Below are positions 8,514 through 18,655 of a stretch of 50,031 nt of DNA, piece by piece. The stretch spans positions 1-50,031 of IMG/VR virus record IMGVR_UViG_3300047561_001219, one strand, 5' to 3'. This stretch comes from a virus. Taxonomy: Duplodnaviria; Caudoviricetes. Position numbers and translations under genes: made by a program. The notes beneath the pieces were generated by a model, which ran no database searches, had not been told where the DNA came from, and saw only the letters and a list, made by a program, of their open reading frames with translations. Each line of letters begins with the position of its first letter. The stretch's first letter is position 1.

Positions 8514-9145
8514 TGTTATATTTTAATACTTTACCAAAAATTTTAACTAACGACAATAAAAATAATGCTATTGTTTTAACTAATCTTTTGGCAAGAGTGG
8601 AACTTGTACAAAATTTAATGAGCAATCCTTTATTATTTTATAATTACGATATACAAGATGGTGATACGCCAGATATTATTGCTTCCAAATATTATGGAGA
8701 TCCTTATCGTTATTGGTTAGTGTTGTTTTCAAATCAAATATTAGATCCGCAATGGGAATGGCCAATATCTTCTCAACAATTTACATTGTATTTAAACGAC
8801 AAGTATTCTGTTGCAGCTAATACTAATGCCAATACTGTTTTGGCTTATACATCTTCAACAACATATGAATATCGTAAAATTATTACAACAACTGACCAAA
8901 CTACATTAACAACAACATCAAAAACTTATGTAATTGATGAACCAACATATTTGGCAACCATACCTTCAACGCAAACAATAACATTTATTAATGGTACAAC
9001 AGCAACACAAACAATTGCAATAGAAAGTGTTAGCATATATGATTGGGAAACTGAACAAAATGAAGCAAAAAGAAATATTAAATTAATAAATGCAATTTAT
9101 GCACCACAATTTGAAAGTCAATTTAAATCATTAATGGGTACATAA
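8513..9145 (+). CDS. gp53: Baseplate wedge subunit (LysM-like)
   Basis: YFNTLP, YDIQDGDTPDIIASKYYGDPYRYWLVLFSN.I.DP..EWP, YDWETEQNEAKRNIKL. Confidence 0.93.
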   Translation: MLYFNTLPKILTNDNKNNAIVLTNLLARVELVQNLMSNPLLFYNYDIQDGDTPDIIASKYYGDPYRYWLVLFSNQILDPQWEWPISSQQFTLYLNDKYSVAANTNANTVLAYTSSTTYEYRKIITTTDQTTLTTTSKTYVIDEPTYLATIPSTQTITFINGTTATQTIAIESVSIYDWETEQNEAKRNIKLINAIYAPQFESQFKSLMGT

Positions 9146-9146
9146 A

Positions 9147-10520
9147 GTGGCAGACACATTTACTTCGGCACCAACGCCAGCTGGTGTATTATATCCAAAA
9201 GACTATGCGTTAATAAACTTAACCTTACTGTCATCATCCGATAGTATGGACATGAAAAATTTATTGACTGAATTATCATATCAAGAAGATTTATTTAATA
9301 ACACAGCATCAGGTTACTTGATGGTTGTAGATTCTATGGGATACATTGAAGCATTAAATCTTACTGGCAATGAATATTTGCGTATGACATTTGGTAAAAC
9401 CAATCAAAATTCTAATTGGATTGATAAAATATTTCGTGTATATAAAGTAGACAAAAGACGACCAGAAGGTAAAGGTGACACAGAATCTTATTCTCTTTAT
9501 TTTTGTTCTGAAGAAATGTTATTATCCGAACAATACAAAGTAAGTAAATCATATCGTGCCAAAACTATTTCAGATAATGTTATGGATATTCTACAAAACT
9601 ATTTAAAAGTACCAAGTAAAAAAATTGCTGTGATTGAATCAACTTATGGTGTTTATGATTTTGTTATACCTACAATAAAACCATTTGATGCAATTAATTT
9701 TTTGGCATCATACGCTAGGCCTCAACCAGATAAACCTGGTTCCGATATGTTGTTTTATGAAAATAAGTTTGGCTTTAATTTTAGATCAATTCAATCTATG
9801 ATGAAAGAACCTGTTTTTTATAATTATAGTTATGATCCAAAAAATATAGATGATGCTACATATAATTTAAATAAACGAATACATAATGTTACAACATATG
9901 AAATTTTAAATTCTTATGATGCGTTAGGTGCAATCAACTCAGGTATATTTGCCAATAAATTAATATCTGTTGATCCAATTACAAGACGATATAAAGAAAC
10001 CAATTTTGATTATGCTGGTTATATCAATGAAGCAACAATGTTAAACGAACATCCAATTACCAATACTTTTAAAAATAGATTTGGTGACGGAGTTAATCAA
10101 ACTCCAGAAGCAGTAACAAAACTAGTATTCTCAAATTTTAAACAAAATCAAGTGCCTTATCTTGTTTCCCAAGGACCCGATTCGGTTGGTAAAGACATTT
10201 ATGCTGAAACTTTTATACCATATAGAACAGCACAGTTAGCATTGGCAAATTACACAAGAGTTAAAATTTCTGTGCCTGGTGATCCAGGTCTTACTGTTGG
10301 CACAAACCTTAGTTTATCTCTGTTGTCTAAAAATCCTAATAATAAAGAACCTGATGCATTTTATTCAGGAAAATATTTAATTACAGCAGTTCGTCATATG
10401 ATTACAATGAATGAATACAAAACTGTGCTTGAAATTACAAAAGAAAGTACAACTAAACAATATGCTTCGCCAGATAATAATTCTGTTTTATGGCAGAATA
10501 CGGTTAAAGGAATTACATAA
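9147..10520 (+). CDS. Baseplate hub protein (gp27-like), GTG start
   Basis: Between gp53 and gp5; EDLF...SGYL.V.DS, LTGNE, LFYEN..GFNFRS, VPGD..LTVG, SGKYLITAVRH (hub/VgrG-N-like pattern). Confidence 0.7.
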   Translation: MADTFTSAPTPAGVLYPKDYALINLTLLSSSDSMDMKNLLTELSYQEDLFNNTASGYLMVVDSMGYIEALNLTGNEYLRMTFGKTNQNSNWIDKIFRVYKVDKRRPEGKGDTESYSLYFCSEEMLLSEQYKVSKSYRAKTISDNVMDILQNYLKVPSKKIAVIESTYGVYDFVIPTIKPFDAINFLASYARPQPDKPGSDMLFYENKFGFNFRSIQSMMKEPVFYNYSYDPKNIDDATYNLNKRIHNVTTYEILNSYDALGAINSGIFANKLISVDPITRRYKETNFDYAGYINEATMLNEHPITNTFKNRFGDGVNQTPEAVTKLVFSNFKQNQVPYLVSQGPDSVGKDIYAETFIPYRTAQLALANYTRVKISVPGDPGLTVGTNLSLSLLSKNPNNKEPDAFYSGKYLITAVRHMITMNEYKTVLEITKESTTKQYASPDNNSVLWQNTVKGIT

Positions 10521-10825
10521 TGTCTAAAATGATTAACAACTTTGCCGGACTAAATGGTTTTGTTTGGTGGGTTGGTGAAATAGAAACCAGAATTGACCCA
10601 TTGGGTTTAGGTCGGTGTCAAGTTCGTATTTTTGGTTGGCACACAAATAACAAAAAGTTAATACCTACTGAGGATTTACCTTGGGCTCACCCCATATACC
10701 CAATAAATAATTCAAAATCGTTTTCTGCACCAATGGTAGGAGATTGGGTAGTTGGATTCTTTATGGATGGAGAAGCTGGCCAATCTCCTGTAATGTTTGG
10801 TGTAATGCCAGGTCTTAAACAATAG
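10520..10825 (+). CDS. gp5: gp5 N-terminal OB-fold domain as a stand-alone ORF
   Basis: FVWWVGEIETRIDPLGLGRCQVRIFGWH....IPTEDLPWA....GDWVVGFFMDGEAGQSPVMFG. Confidence 0.9.
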   Translation: MSKMINNFAGLNGFVWWVGEIETRIDPLGLGRCQVRIFGWHTNNKKLIPTEDLPWAHPIYPINNSKSFSAPMVGDWVVGFFMDGEAGQSPVMFGVMPGLKQ

Positions 10826-10833
10826 GAGGCAAA

Positions 10834-11706
10834 ATGAACGCTCGTGATGGAATTGTATTATCGAATGATATAAACAAAAAAATAGATGCTGGTACAATTA
10901 CAGCTAGCCAAGCACAAGGTTATATTGATGAATTGACACCTTATTTGGATTTTACAAATTTGGCTACTAATTTTCAATATACTATTGACCGATTAAAACA
11001 AATAAAAGCGCCGGTCACACCAATAAAACCAAATCTTGGAACAGCAGACAAACCACCAGTTAGTCCTTTTACAGGCATATTTAATGGTAGTGGACAACCT
11101 ACTACTCCCGCTCTGGGGTTAGGTCTAGTTGCCAATACTTCTATTAGCTTTACAAATAGTACAGTATCGCATAGTTGTGATTTTGCCACAGACCTTATCA
11201 AAAATAATACATTAAAAAGTTTTTTAAATGCGCAAGCAAATAATATTAGGGAAGCAATTCGTGCAGTAATGAGAGCATTAGGATTTTCTGATGCCACAGG
11301 AGTTGCACAATGGTTAACAAGTAATTTAAAAGCAATTACAAGAGCATTAAAATATATACAGAAAAATGTAATACAACCTATTCTTGATTTGGAAACTATA
11401 GTGGTTAAATATATTAAAAAAATACAAGAGATTATTGCATATATTTTAAGTTTACCTGCTAGATTATTGGCAATTTTACAGGATTGTTTAAAAAAATTAT
11501 ATGCATCTATTGCTAATGTTTTAACTGACATTACCGGCGGTGGCGGCCTTGGTTTTGGTGATGCAATTAAAGCGGCTAAAGAAACGGCACAAACATTTAA
11601 TCAAACCATTAATCAAGCGGCCACAGCTGCTGCGGGTGCTGTGGCAATTGTGAGTGCAGCACAACAAATACCTAATGTTGCAACGCAGTTTAAAAAAGGT
11701 ATATAA
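10834..11706 (+). CDS. Hypothetical helical virion protein in the gp5 middle (lysozyme) position
   Basis: Own GGAGG RBS; amphipathic helices; sits between the gp5 OB and gp5 C-terminal ORFs; no T4-lysozyme motif seen. Confidence 0.6.
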   Translation: MNARDGIVLSNDINKKIDAGTITASQAQGYIDELTPYLDFTNLATNFQYTIDRLKQIKAPVTPIKPNLGTADKPPVSPFTGIFNGSGQPTTPALGLGLVANTSISFTNSTVSHSCDFATDLIKNNTLKSFLNAQANNIREAIRAVMRALGFSDATGVAQWLTSNLKAITRALKYIQKNVIQPILDLETIVVKYIKKIQEIIAYILSLPARLLAILQDCLKKLYASIANVLTDITGGGGLGFGDAIKAAKETAQTFNQTINQAATAAAGAVAIVSAAQQIPNVATQFKKGI

Positions 11707-12476
11707 TGGATAATCCGTCAACAAACTTATGGACACAACCTGAATCAGCAGCTAATGCTGATGCTCAGCCAGAATACCCATATAATAATATACAACAAAG
11801 TGAATCTGGCCATTCGTTTGAGATGGATGATACGCCTACCCGTGAAAGGGTACGTTTATCACATCGATCAGGCACTTTTATTGAAATGCAACCTAATGGT
11901 GATGAGGTACACAAAGTATATGGTACTGGTTATGAAATTACCGTAAAAGGTAAAAACATAGAAATTAATGGTGTTTGTAATATTGTTATTAAAGGCGATT
12001 CAAATATCCACATAACTGGTAATAAGAATGAAATTATTGATGGCAATTATAACCTTCAAGTGGTAGGCGACATGACTGCCAGAGCTGCAGGAATCAACGG
12101 TATGAAGTTAATCTCGGACAACGACATGAGTATTCAATCTTCATCTAGTTCGACTGGTGCGATGTACCTGTCTGCTGGAGACCATATATACATGGCGTCA
12201 GACTTAGAGGTTGGTGGTGCAATTTCTGGAGATACCATTTCCGCCGAATCTCGTATTAATGCCGGTACCGGATTATATGCCGGACCACTTGGTGTTTATT
12301 CAGTAGGACCAATTACTTCTCTGGTATCGGTACAAGCGCCGCTTGGTATGTTCGGTATTATGGAAGCCATTTTGATGACTGATACTATCAATAGTAATAT
12401 TTACAATACTCATGTACATATTGGTAATAGAGGATTTCCAACCAGCCCACCTTTGACCGACTTTTTTGGAGTTTAA
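11706..12476 (+). CDS. gp5: gp5 C-terminal triple beta-helix spike with HxH apex
   Basis: YPYNNIQQSESGHSFEMDDTP..ERVRLSHRSGTFIE, VxGx-type repeats, terminal NTHVHIG motif. Confidence 0.88.
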   Translation: MDNPSTNLWTQPESAANADAQPEYPYNNIQQSESGHSFEMDDTPTRERVRLSHRSGTFIEMQPNGDEVHKVYGTGYEITVKGKNIEINGVCNIVIKGDSNIHITGNKNEIIDGNYNLQVVGDMTARAAGINGMKLISDNDMSIQSSSSSTGAMYLSAGDHIYMASDLEVGGAISGDTISAESRINAGTGLYAGPLGVYSVGPITSLVSVQAPLGMFGIMEAILMTDTINSNIYNTHVHIGNRGFPTSPPLTDFFGV

Positions 12477-12478
12477 TT

Positions 12479-13294
12479 ATGGCAACAGTTAATAATGCAA
12501 CAGGAGTATTTGCAACATTAGGTTACAACTTTAGTGACCCAAACGGTTATGTAGATCCACTTTCAGCTAATGCTATTGGTCATTTAGAAAAACAACCAGC
12601 TTTTATTCAAACGTGGCAAGCACAAGATATTGCAAATAACTCCGTAAGTGGTTATTTTCAAAATCCTGTATTAACTTATGTAAATACAATTCTTACAACG
12701 GCCAATACGATTGCGGCCAATATTGCTGTATCAAATTGTGCGGCTTTAGCAAGTGCGCAAACTGCTTGTCAAACTTTATCAGCAACTGCAGTTGCTTTTA
12801 AAGCTCACACCAACAGATTATCTGGAATAACTCCATTCTCGGGAGAAGATATAACAAATCCTTATTATGAAACTGCAATTTCTTATGGCAAAACAGCACT
12901 ATACATCACCAATCAAACAGACAGTATAACCAACACAGCACCAATTATGGGTAATTTTGGCAGTATTTTAATTGGACCACAAATTAGTGCCAAATCAAAT
13001 ACTCTCTATCCCTATATTACCTTAATTGGTAATAGTATTACTGGTGATCCTGTAGTTGGCCAAAATACTTCTTTATCAGGTACGCAGATTGCACAAATTT
13101 TGTCGGATATATCAAATACCAATACTTTACTTTCGGGACAACGAAGTGCAGATGTAACATTTTATGGCAATTTAAAAACATTTTCAGATAATTATAACAC
13201 AGTAAGACAATTTTCAAACATGGGTGAAACTCAAACATATTTGTTTAATAATTTTATTGGCAGCGACAAGTTAATTACACGAATTAATTCATAG
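12479..13294 (+). CDS. Hypothetical virion-associated protein
   Basis: 271-aa ORF tightly packed between the spike gene and gp25; no family recognised. Confidence 0.6.
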   Translation: MATVNNATGVFATLGYNFSDPNGYVDPLSANAIGHLEKQPAFIQTWQAQDIANNSVSGYFQNPVLTYVNTILTTANTIAANIAVSNCAALASAQTACQTLSATAVAFKAHTNRLSGITPFSGEDITNPYYETAISYGKTALYITNQTDSITNTAPIMGNFGSILIGPQISAKSNTLYPYITLIGNSITGDPVVGQNTSLSGTQIAQILSDISNTNTLLSGQRSADVTFYGNLKTFSDNYNTVRQFSNMGETQTYLFNNFIGSDKLITRINS

Positions 13295-13301
13295 GAAGCG
13301 T

Positions 13302-13309
13302 CATAAATA
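13302..13309 (+). promoter_or_regulatory. Late promoter-like box before gene 25
   Basis: CATAAATA-acaa-ATG in a short intergenic gap. Confidence 0.6.
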
Positions 13310-13313
13310 ACAA

Positions 13314-13706
13314 ATGGCAACACTAACCAATCTTTATTCCGATTTAGACCTCACATTCAACCTTGTTCCTGGTTCAAAGGATGTTGCTCGGAGTTATGAT
13401 GACCAGGCGGTCATTCGTTCAGTTCGTAATCTTTTATTGACCAATTTCTATGAAAGACCATTTCAACCAAATCTTGGTGGAAACATTAACAAACTTTTAT
13501 TTGAACCTGCCACCAATTTGACTGCCAATTTAATTAAATCTGAAATTGAAAATGTTATAACAAATTATGAACCTAGGGTACAAATAGAAGATATTACGGT
13601 TACGGGTAATATTGAGGAAAACTCATTTACAATTAATTTAATATTTTACATAGGAAATAATACCTTGCCAACATCGGTAAATCTACTTCTTGAAAGGTCC
13701 AGATAA
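13314..13706 (+). CDS. gp25: Baseplate wedge subunit
   Basis: YSDLDLTF, AVIRSVRNLLLTNFYERPFQP.LG, I..YEPRV. Confidence 0.95.
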   Translation: MATLTNLYSDLDLTFNLVPGSKDVARSYDDQAVIRSVRNLLLTNFYERPFQPNLGGNINKLLFEPATNLTANLIKSEIENVITNYEPRVQIEDITVTGNIEENSFTINLIFYIGNNTLPTSVNLLLERSR

Positions 13707-15781
13707 TGGCATCTTCAAACAACAATATCCAATTAACTGAATTAGATTTCAGTAATATTAAAAACAATTTTATTGCTTATTTGCAATCACAAGATGCCTT
13801 TAAAGATTATAACTTTCAAGGTTCTGCCATGTCTGTTCTTTTGGACATTTTGGCATACAATACACAATACAATGCTTACTATTTAAATATGGTAGCCAAT
13901 GAAATGTTCTTAGATTCCGCTTTACAAAGAAGTTCAGTTGTTTCTCATGCAAAATTATTAAATTACACTCCAAAATCTGCTATTGCGCCAACAGCATACA
14001 TTAATGTTGCATTTACTGGTGTTACATCTAGTTCTTTTACTTTACCACGTTACAGTAATTTTATATCCGAATCAGTACAAGGCGTAAATTATAATTTTGT
14101 TTCTACGGATGCGACAACTGTTACAACATCTGGTGGTACTGCTAATTTTACTAATTTACAAATCAAACAAGGTGTTCCAGCAGTATATACATTTACAGTT
14201 AATTCAACCACTAATCCAAAATATGTGTTTGAAATTCCCGATTCAAAAATTGATACTACAACAATTCAAGTTACTGTACAACAAAATTCTGGAAATACTT
14301 CTTATACAACTTATCAACCAGCTGAAAGTTTATTAACTCTAACTTCAACTGACCAAGTATATTTTTTACAAGAATCTTTGAAGGGCAATTATGAAATTAT
14401 TTTTGGTGACGGTGTATTAGGTTATCAATTACAGGACGGAAATATTGTGGTTGTTTCTTATATTTCAACCGAAGGCATGATGGCTTCAGGTGCAAATAGT
14501 TTTGTTTTGATGGATAATATTGGCGGCTTTACAGATTCTTCTGTAACAGGAGTTATTTCTGCATCACAAGGTGGTAATAAAGAATCCATCGATTCAATTA
14601 AATTTCAAGCCCCTAAAGCTTTTTCATCACAAAATCGTGCAGTAACTAAAGAAGATTACATTACTGCTATTCAACAAAACAATTTAGGTTTTGCTTTTGA
14701 TTCTGTTTCGGTATGGGGCGGACAAGAAAATGCTTCGCCAGTTTTTGGCCAAGTGTTTATTTCTATGAAACCGAAAGGCGCTTATATTTTAAATGATGCC
14801 CAAAAACAAAGCATTATTAATAATATTATAAACCCAATTAGCGTATTAACAGTAACTCCCACAATTATAGATCCAGATTTTACTTACATAAATGTTTCAA
14901 TTAATGTTATTTACAATCCGAACAAAACTACAAAAACAGCATCACAGATAGAATCTGGTGTAAAATCAGCAATTCAATCATTTGCAAACACTTCTTTAAA
15001 TACTTTCAATTCAACATTTAATGGATACGATTTATTAAATACTGTTCAAAGTTATGATTCTTCAATTGTTAATAGTGAATATTCTTTAAAATTACAAAAA
15101 AGAATATTTCCAAGTTTAACTACATCTTCCACATACAATTTATATTATAATACTCCATTACAAAAGGGTATTTTATTGAGTGGCATTTCTAGTACTCCTG
15201 CTTTGCAATTTACTAACCCAGCAAATACAGAAAGTATTATTGATGGAGTATTTTATGAGGAAGTTCCTGCAACAACTTACGGTGTTGAGAGTATATCTGT
15301 ATTAAATCCTGGATTCAATTATCAATCTACACCAACCGTTACTATTTTAGGTGACGGCCAAGGCGCAACGGCTCACGCAGTGATTGCTGGTGGAATTATA
15401 CAAAAAATTATAGTAGATACATCTGGTAATAATTATACTACTGCTATTGCATCAATTACTCCAGCCAACGGTGATACTACAGGACAATTAGGCGCAGCTG
15501 TTGTTAATCTACAAGGTCGTTTTGGTACATTAAGAACATATTATAATAATGCAACAAATGTTAAAACTATTCTTGATAACAATGCAGGAACAATTGACTA
15601 CTCTAGAGGTATTGTTTCACTAATAGCTCTCTCACCGGTTAATGTTGATAATGATTTAGGTCAACTTTCAGTTGATGTAACACCAGTATCATCTTTAGTA
15701 TCTTCTTCATATAATACCATTTTAACGTTGGACAGTAGCAATCCTGCAGCAATTACCGTAAATGTTATTGCTCAGAGTTAA
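13706..15781 (+). CDS. gp6: Baseplate wedge subunit
   Basis: LDFSNIKNNF..YL..Q..FKDYNFQGS.MSVLLDILAYNT.YN, EMFLDSA..RSSVVSHAK, YEIIFGDG, ES.DSIK..AP....QNRAVT.EDY. Confidence 0.96.
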   Translation: MASSNNNIQLTELDFSNIKNNFIAYLQSQDAFKDYNFQGSAMSVLLDILAYNTQYNAYYLNMVANEMFLDSALQRSSVVSHAKLLNYTPKSAIAPTAYINVAFTGVTSSSFTLPRYSNFISESVQGVNYNFVSTDATTVTTSGGTANFTNLQIKQGVPAVYTFTVNSTTNPKYVFEIPDSKIDTTTIQVTVQQNSGNTSYTTYQPAESLLTLTSTDQVYFLQESLKGNYEIIFGDGVLGYQLQDGNIVVVSYISTEGMMASGANSFVLMDNIGGFTDSSVTGVISASQGGNKESIDSIKFQAPKAFSSQNRAVTKEDYITAIQQNNLGFAFDSVSVWGGQENASPVFGQVFISMKPKGAYILNDAQKQSIINNIINPISVLTVTPTIIDPDFTYINVSINVIYNPNKTTKTASQIESGVKSAIQSFANTSLNTFNSTFNGYDLLNTVQSYDSSIVNSEYSLKLQKRIFPSLTTSSTYNLYYNTPLQKGILLSGISSTPALQFTNPANTESIIDGVFYEEVPATTYGVESISVLNPGFNYQSTPTVTILGDGQGATAHAVIAGGIIQKIIVDTSGNNYTTAIASITPANGDTTGQLGAAVVNLQGRFGTLRTYYNNATNVKTILDNNAGTIDYSRGIVSLIALSPVNVDNDLGQLSVDVTPVSSLVSSSYNTILTLDSSNPAAITVNVIAQS

Positions 15782-15784
15782 TAA

Positions 15785-18652
15785 ATGATTCCAAACAATC
15801 AAAAAACATCTTTATTAATACCACAACAATTACCTGAATTTATTCGGGATGATCCATCTTATGCCACTTTTACAGCATTTTTGGAAGCATACTATGAGTG
15901 GCTAGAACAAACTAATAATGTTACAGACCGTTCAAAAAATATATTAAATTATGCTGACATTGATAATACAACTGCTGAATTTATTAATTATTTTACCAAA
16001 GAATATCTTTCTTATTTTCCTCAAGAAATACTTGCAAATAAAGTTGAAGTTGTTAAATTAGCAAAACAATTATATCAATCAAAAGGAACTACTGCATCAT
16101 ACAAATTTCTTTTTAGAATTCTTTTTAATTCTGATGTTGGGTTTTTCTTTACTAAAGACGCTGTATTAAAATCATCTTCTGGTGAATGGTATGTTGCTAA
16201 GAATCTTAACGTAAACACCACAGATTTAAATTGGTTATCAGTTAATGATTTACCATTAGGTGGTCTAAGAGTATTTGGAGAAACCACCAAATCATTTGCA
16301 ACAATTGAAAATGTAATATTTACTGGCACAAAAATGCAAGTTTATATTTCTCATCCATTAAGACAATTTACTTCTGGTGAATTTGTTCGTGTTGTAGATT
16401 CAAATAATCAAGATTATATTATAAATGGTAATAATTTAAGGGCTAGAATTGTTGGCCAAATTAATCAAATAGTAATTGATTCAAAAAATCAAGGATTATT
16501 TTATTTACCTGGCGATCCTTTAGTATTTTATGGCGGGTTAAATGCTGGCGCAAATACTAGCGCTGTTGCAACTGTTGCTACTACAACAAAAGGTTCTTTA
16601 TCTTCTATTCAGCTTATTACTGGAGGATATGGTTATAGATTTAACCCAAACACAATAGTTAATGTAACTGCAGTTGCTGAAGTATTACCTACTGCACAAG
16701 TTGCAACTGTGGATACTACACCTAGTAATCTTGCAAACGTATTTTTTATTCCAACAGATACTATTGGTACCATTGCAAATAATTATATTGGAAATACCGC
16801 ATCAGGTTTTGGTCCGCCACCACTAGGTAGTAGTGTTTATAATTTTTCAAATAACGCCACGGCAAATGCAAATACAACTTTGGCTAACGCATTTAGTTTT
16901 ATTGAATTTACAACTTATCCAATTTCTTCTGTTTTAGTATCATCTTCTGGTACAGGTGTTGCAACAACTCCACAAATAAGTGCTACATCATATTATACAA
17001 CACAAAGTGGCGATCAAGGCAATATTGCCAATTTAGGTATTTTAGCGCCAATTCAAATTCAAAGTGGTGGTCAAGGTTATCGTGCAAATGACACAATTGT
17101 ATTTAATGGAGGATCAGGTTACGGAGCAGTTGCAAACGTAATTTCTGTTAATATTGCAAACGGAAATACAATTACTTCAGTAGCTTATGTTAAAACAAAT
17201 CCGCAAAAATTTGCTTTAGGTGGGATGGGTTATCAATATAGTTTGCCAACATTAACTGTCAATTCATCAAATGGTAGTGCTAGCGGTGCAGTATTGTCTG
17301 TTTCTGGTGTGTTGGGTACTGGTGCAACATTTGCATCTCAAGCTGACAAAATTGGTGCAATTACTGCGGTCAATATAACGGATTATGGCCAAGATTACAG
17401 TTCAACACCAAACATATCTTTGGCAGTACAAGACCTTGCAGTTCAACTTCCATCAACATTTACTTTACCAAAAAAAGGTGATATTTTATTTCAAGGATCT
17501 ACTTACCTCACATCATCATACTCAGCAATAGTGGATTCTTATTCAGTTTTGTCATATAGTAGTAATTCATCTCAAATAATTTATAATGTTAGAGTTTATA
17601 ATTATAAATCTCTTCCAGCTTATACACTACCTTTAAAATTAGTTTCAAATAGTCAACAATATATAACATTAACCAATGCATATAATACAATTAATGCCGC
17701 CAGTAAATATGATTCCACAGGTGTTTTAAATTATGGTGATGGTAGTGCTCTTGCCACAGCAACTTTTGTTAACGGTTTAAATAGTAGTTCTGGTCAATAT
17801 TTAAATACTCAAGGCCAGCCAAGTGGGTTCTCAATTTTACAAAATCAAGACTATAATAATTTTACTTATGAACTCACAACATCCGTAGAAATTGCCAAAT
17901 ATCGTAAAGTATTATTAGATTTATTACATCCAACAGGTTTAAAGGTTCTTGGACGATATGCAATTGAGTCGGCCGCTAATAATAATTTCATATCTGCTAC
18001 TGGTTTCCATGAAGGATTCCCATTAAGTTACTATACTGGCGCACCATCATTCGCCACGATGATTGCAAATACAAGTTACTCAAGTACCAATACGGTTTCT
18101 TTCACCTATTTGTACGGTGCAAATTTAAATCAAATAATGATTGTAGGTAACGAACTTTTAATGACAACCGCCAACGGTTTTTCAATTCATTCTGAAATTA
18201 AATCTGTGGTTAGTGCAAGTTCAAATACAGTTACCTTAGTGGATAGTCCTTGGTTATCATTTGCAAATGTTGCCTATGTAACAGCAAATGCTGGAAGTAA
18301 TCGAATAAATATATCATCATTGACCGGTTCTTATGATATCGTAAATAATGGTAATTATCGTTATCCAACACAACCATTGAGGGATGTTGTATTTACTGGT
18401 GATACTGTTGTGGTGTCAAACAATACGGTTAGAACAGTATCCAACGTTGATTACCAGAATAGCGTTGTTTATTTGACCAGCAATTTAACTGCATATGCAA
18501 ATTCTGGTTCATTAATGACCGTCAATCGAACATTTGTTACAAGTAATGTTTATGTGTACGGTGCACTAGGAGTTCAATATTTCCCTGTAATTACAGACGA
18601 ACTTGGAAATATTATCATAACGGAGAATGGCTTACAAATTCTATTAGGTTAA
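15785..18652 (+). CDS. gp7: Baseplate wedge initiator (gp7-like)
   Basis: QLPEFIR....F..FLEAYYEWLE, LYQSKGT..SYKFLFRILFN, QNQDYNNFTY, LLHPTG; follows gp6. Confidence 0.75.
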   Translation: MIPNNQKTSLLIPQQLPEFIRDDPSYATFTAFLEAYYEWLEQTNNVTDRSKNILNYADIDNTTAEFINYFTKEYLSYFPQEILANKVEVVKLAKQLYQSKGTTASYKFLFRILFNSDVGFFFTKDAVLKSSSGEWYVAKNLNVNTTDLNWLSVNDLPLGGLRVFGETTKSFATIENVIFTGTKMQVYISHPLRQFTSGEFVRVVDSNNQDYIINGNNLRARIVGQINQIVIDSKNQGLFYLPGDPLVFYGGLNAGANTSAVATVATTTKGSLSSIQLITGGYGYRFNPNTIVNVTAVAEVLPTAQVATVDTTPSNLANVFFIPTDTIGTIANNYIGNTASGFGPPPLGSSVYNFSNNATANANTTLANAFSFIEFTTYPISSVLVSSSGTGVATTPQISATSYYTTQSGDQGNIANLGILAPIQIQSGGQGYRANDTIVFNGGSGYGAVANVISVNIANGNTITSVAYVKTNPQKFALGGMGYQYSLPTLTVNSSNGSASGAVLSVSGVLGTGATFASQADKIGAITAVNITDYGQDYSSTPNISLAVQDLAVQLPSTFTLPKKGDILFQGSTYLTSSYSAIVDSYSVLSYSSNSSQIIYNVRVYNYKSLPAYTLPLKLVSNSQQYITLTNAYNTINAASKYDSTGVLNYGDGSALATATFVNGLNSSSGQYLNTQGQPSGFSILQNQDYNNFTYELTTSVEIAKYRKVLLDLLHPTGLKVLGRYAIESAANNNFISATGFHEGFPLSYYTGAPSFATMIANTSYSSTNTVSFTYLYGANLNQIMIVGNELLMTTANGFSIHSEIKSVVSASSNTVTLVDSPWLSFANVAYVTANAGSNRINISSLTGSYDIVNNGNYRYPTQPLRDVVFTGDTVVVSNNTVRTVSNVDYQNSVVYLTSNLTAYANSGSLMTVNRTFVTSNVYVYGALGVQYFPVITDELGNIIITENGLQILLG

Positions 18653-18655
18653 AAA

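Noticed and set aside
10823-10837. TAG stop of gp5-OB as possible readthrough or recoded stop joining the gp5 pieces
   Set aside because: In-frame TGA follows four codons later, the next ORF is in another frame with its own GGAGG RBS, and long ORFs are intact under the standard code.
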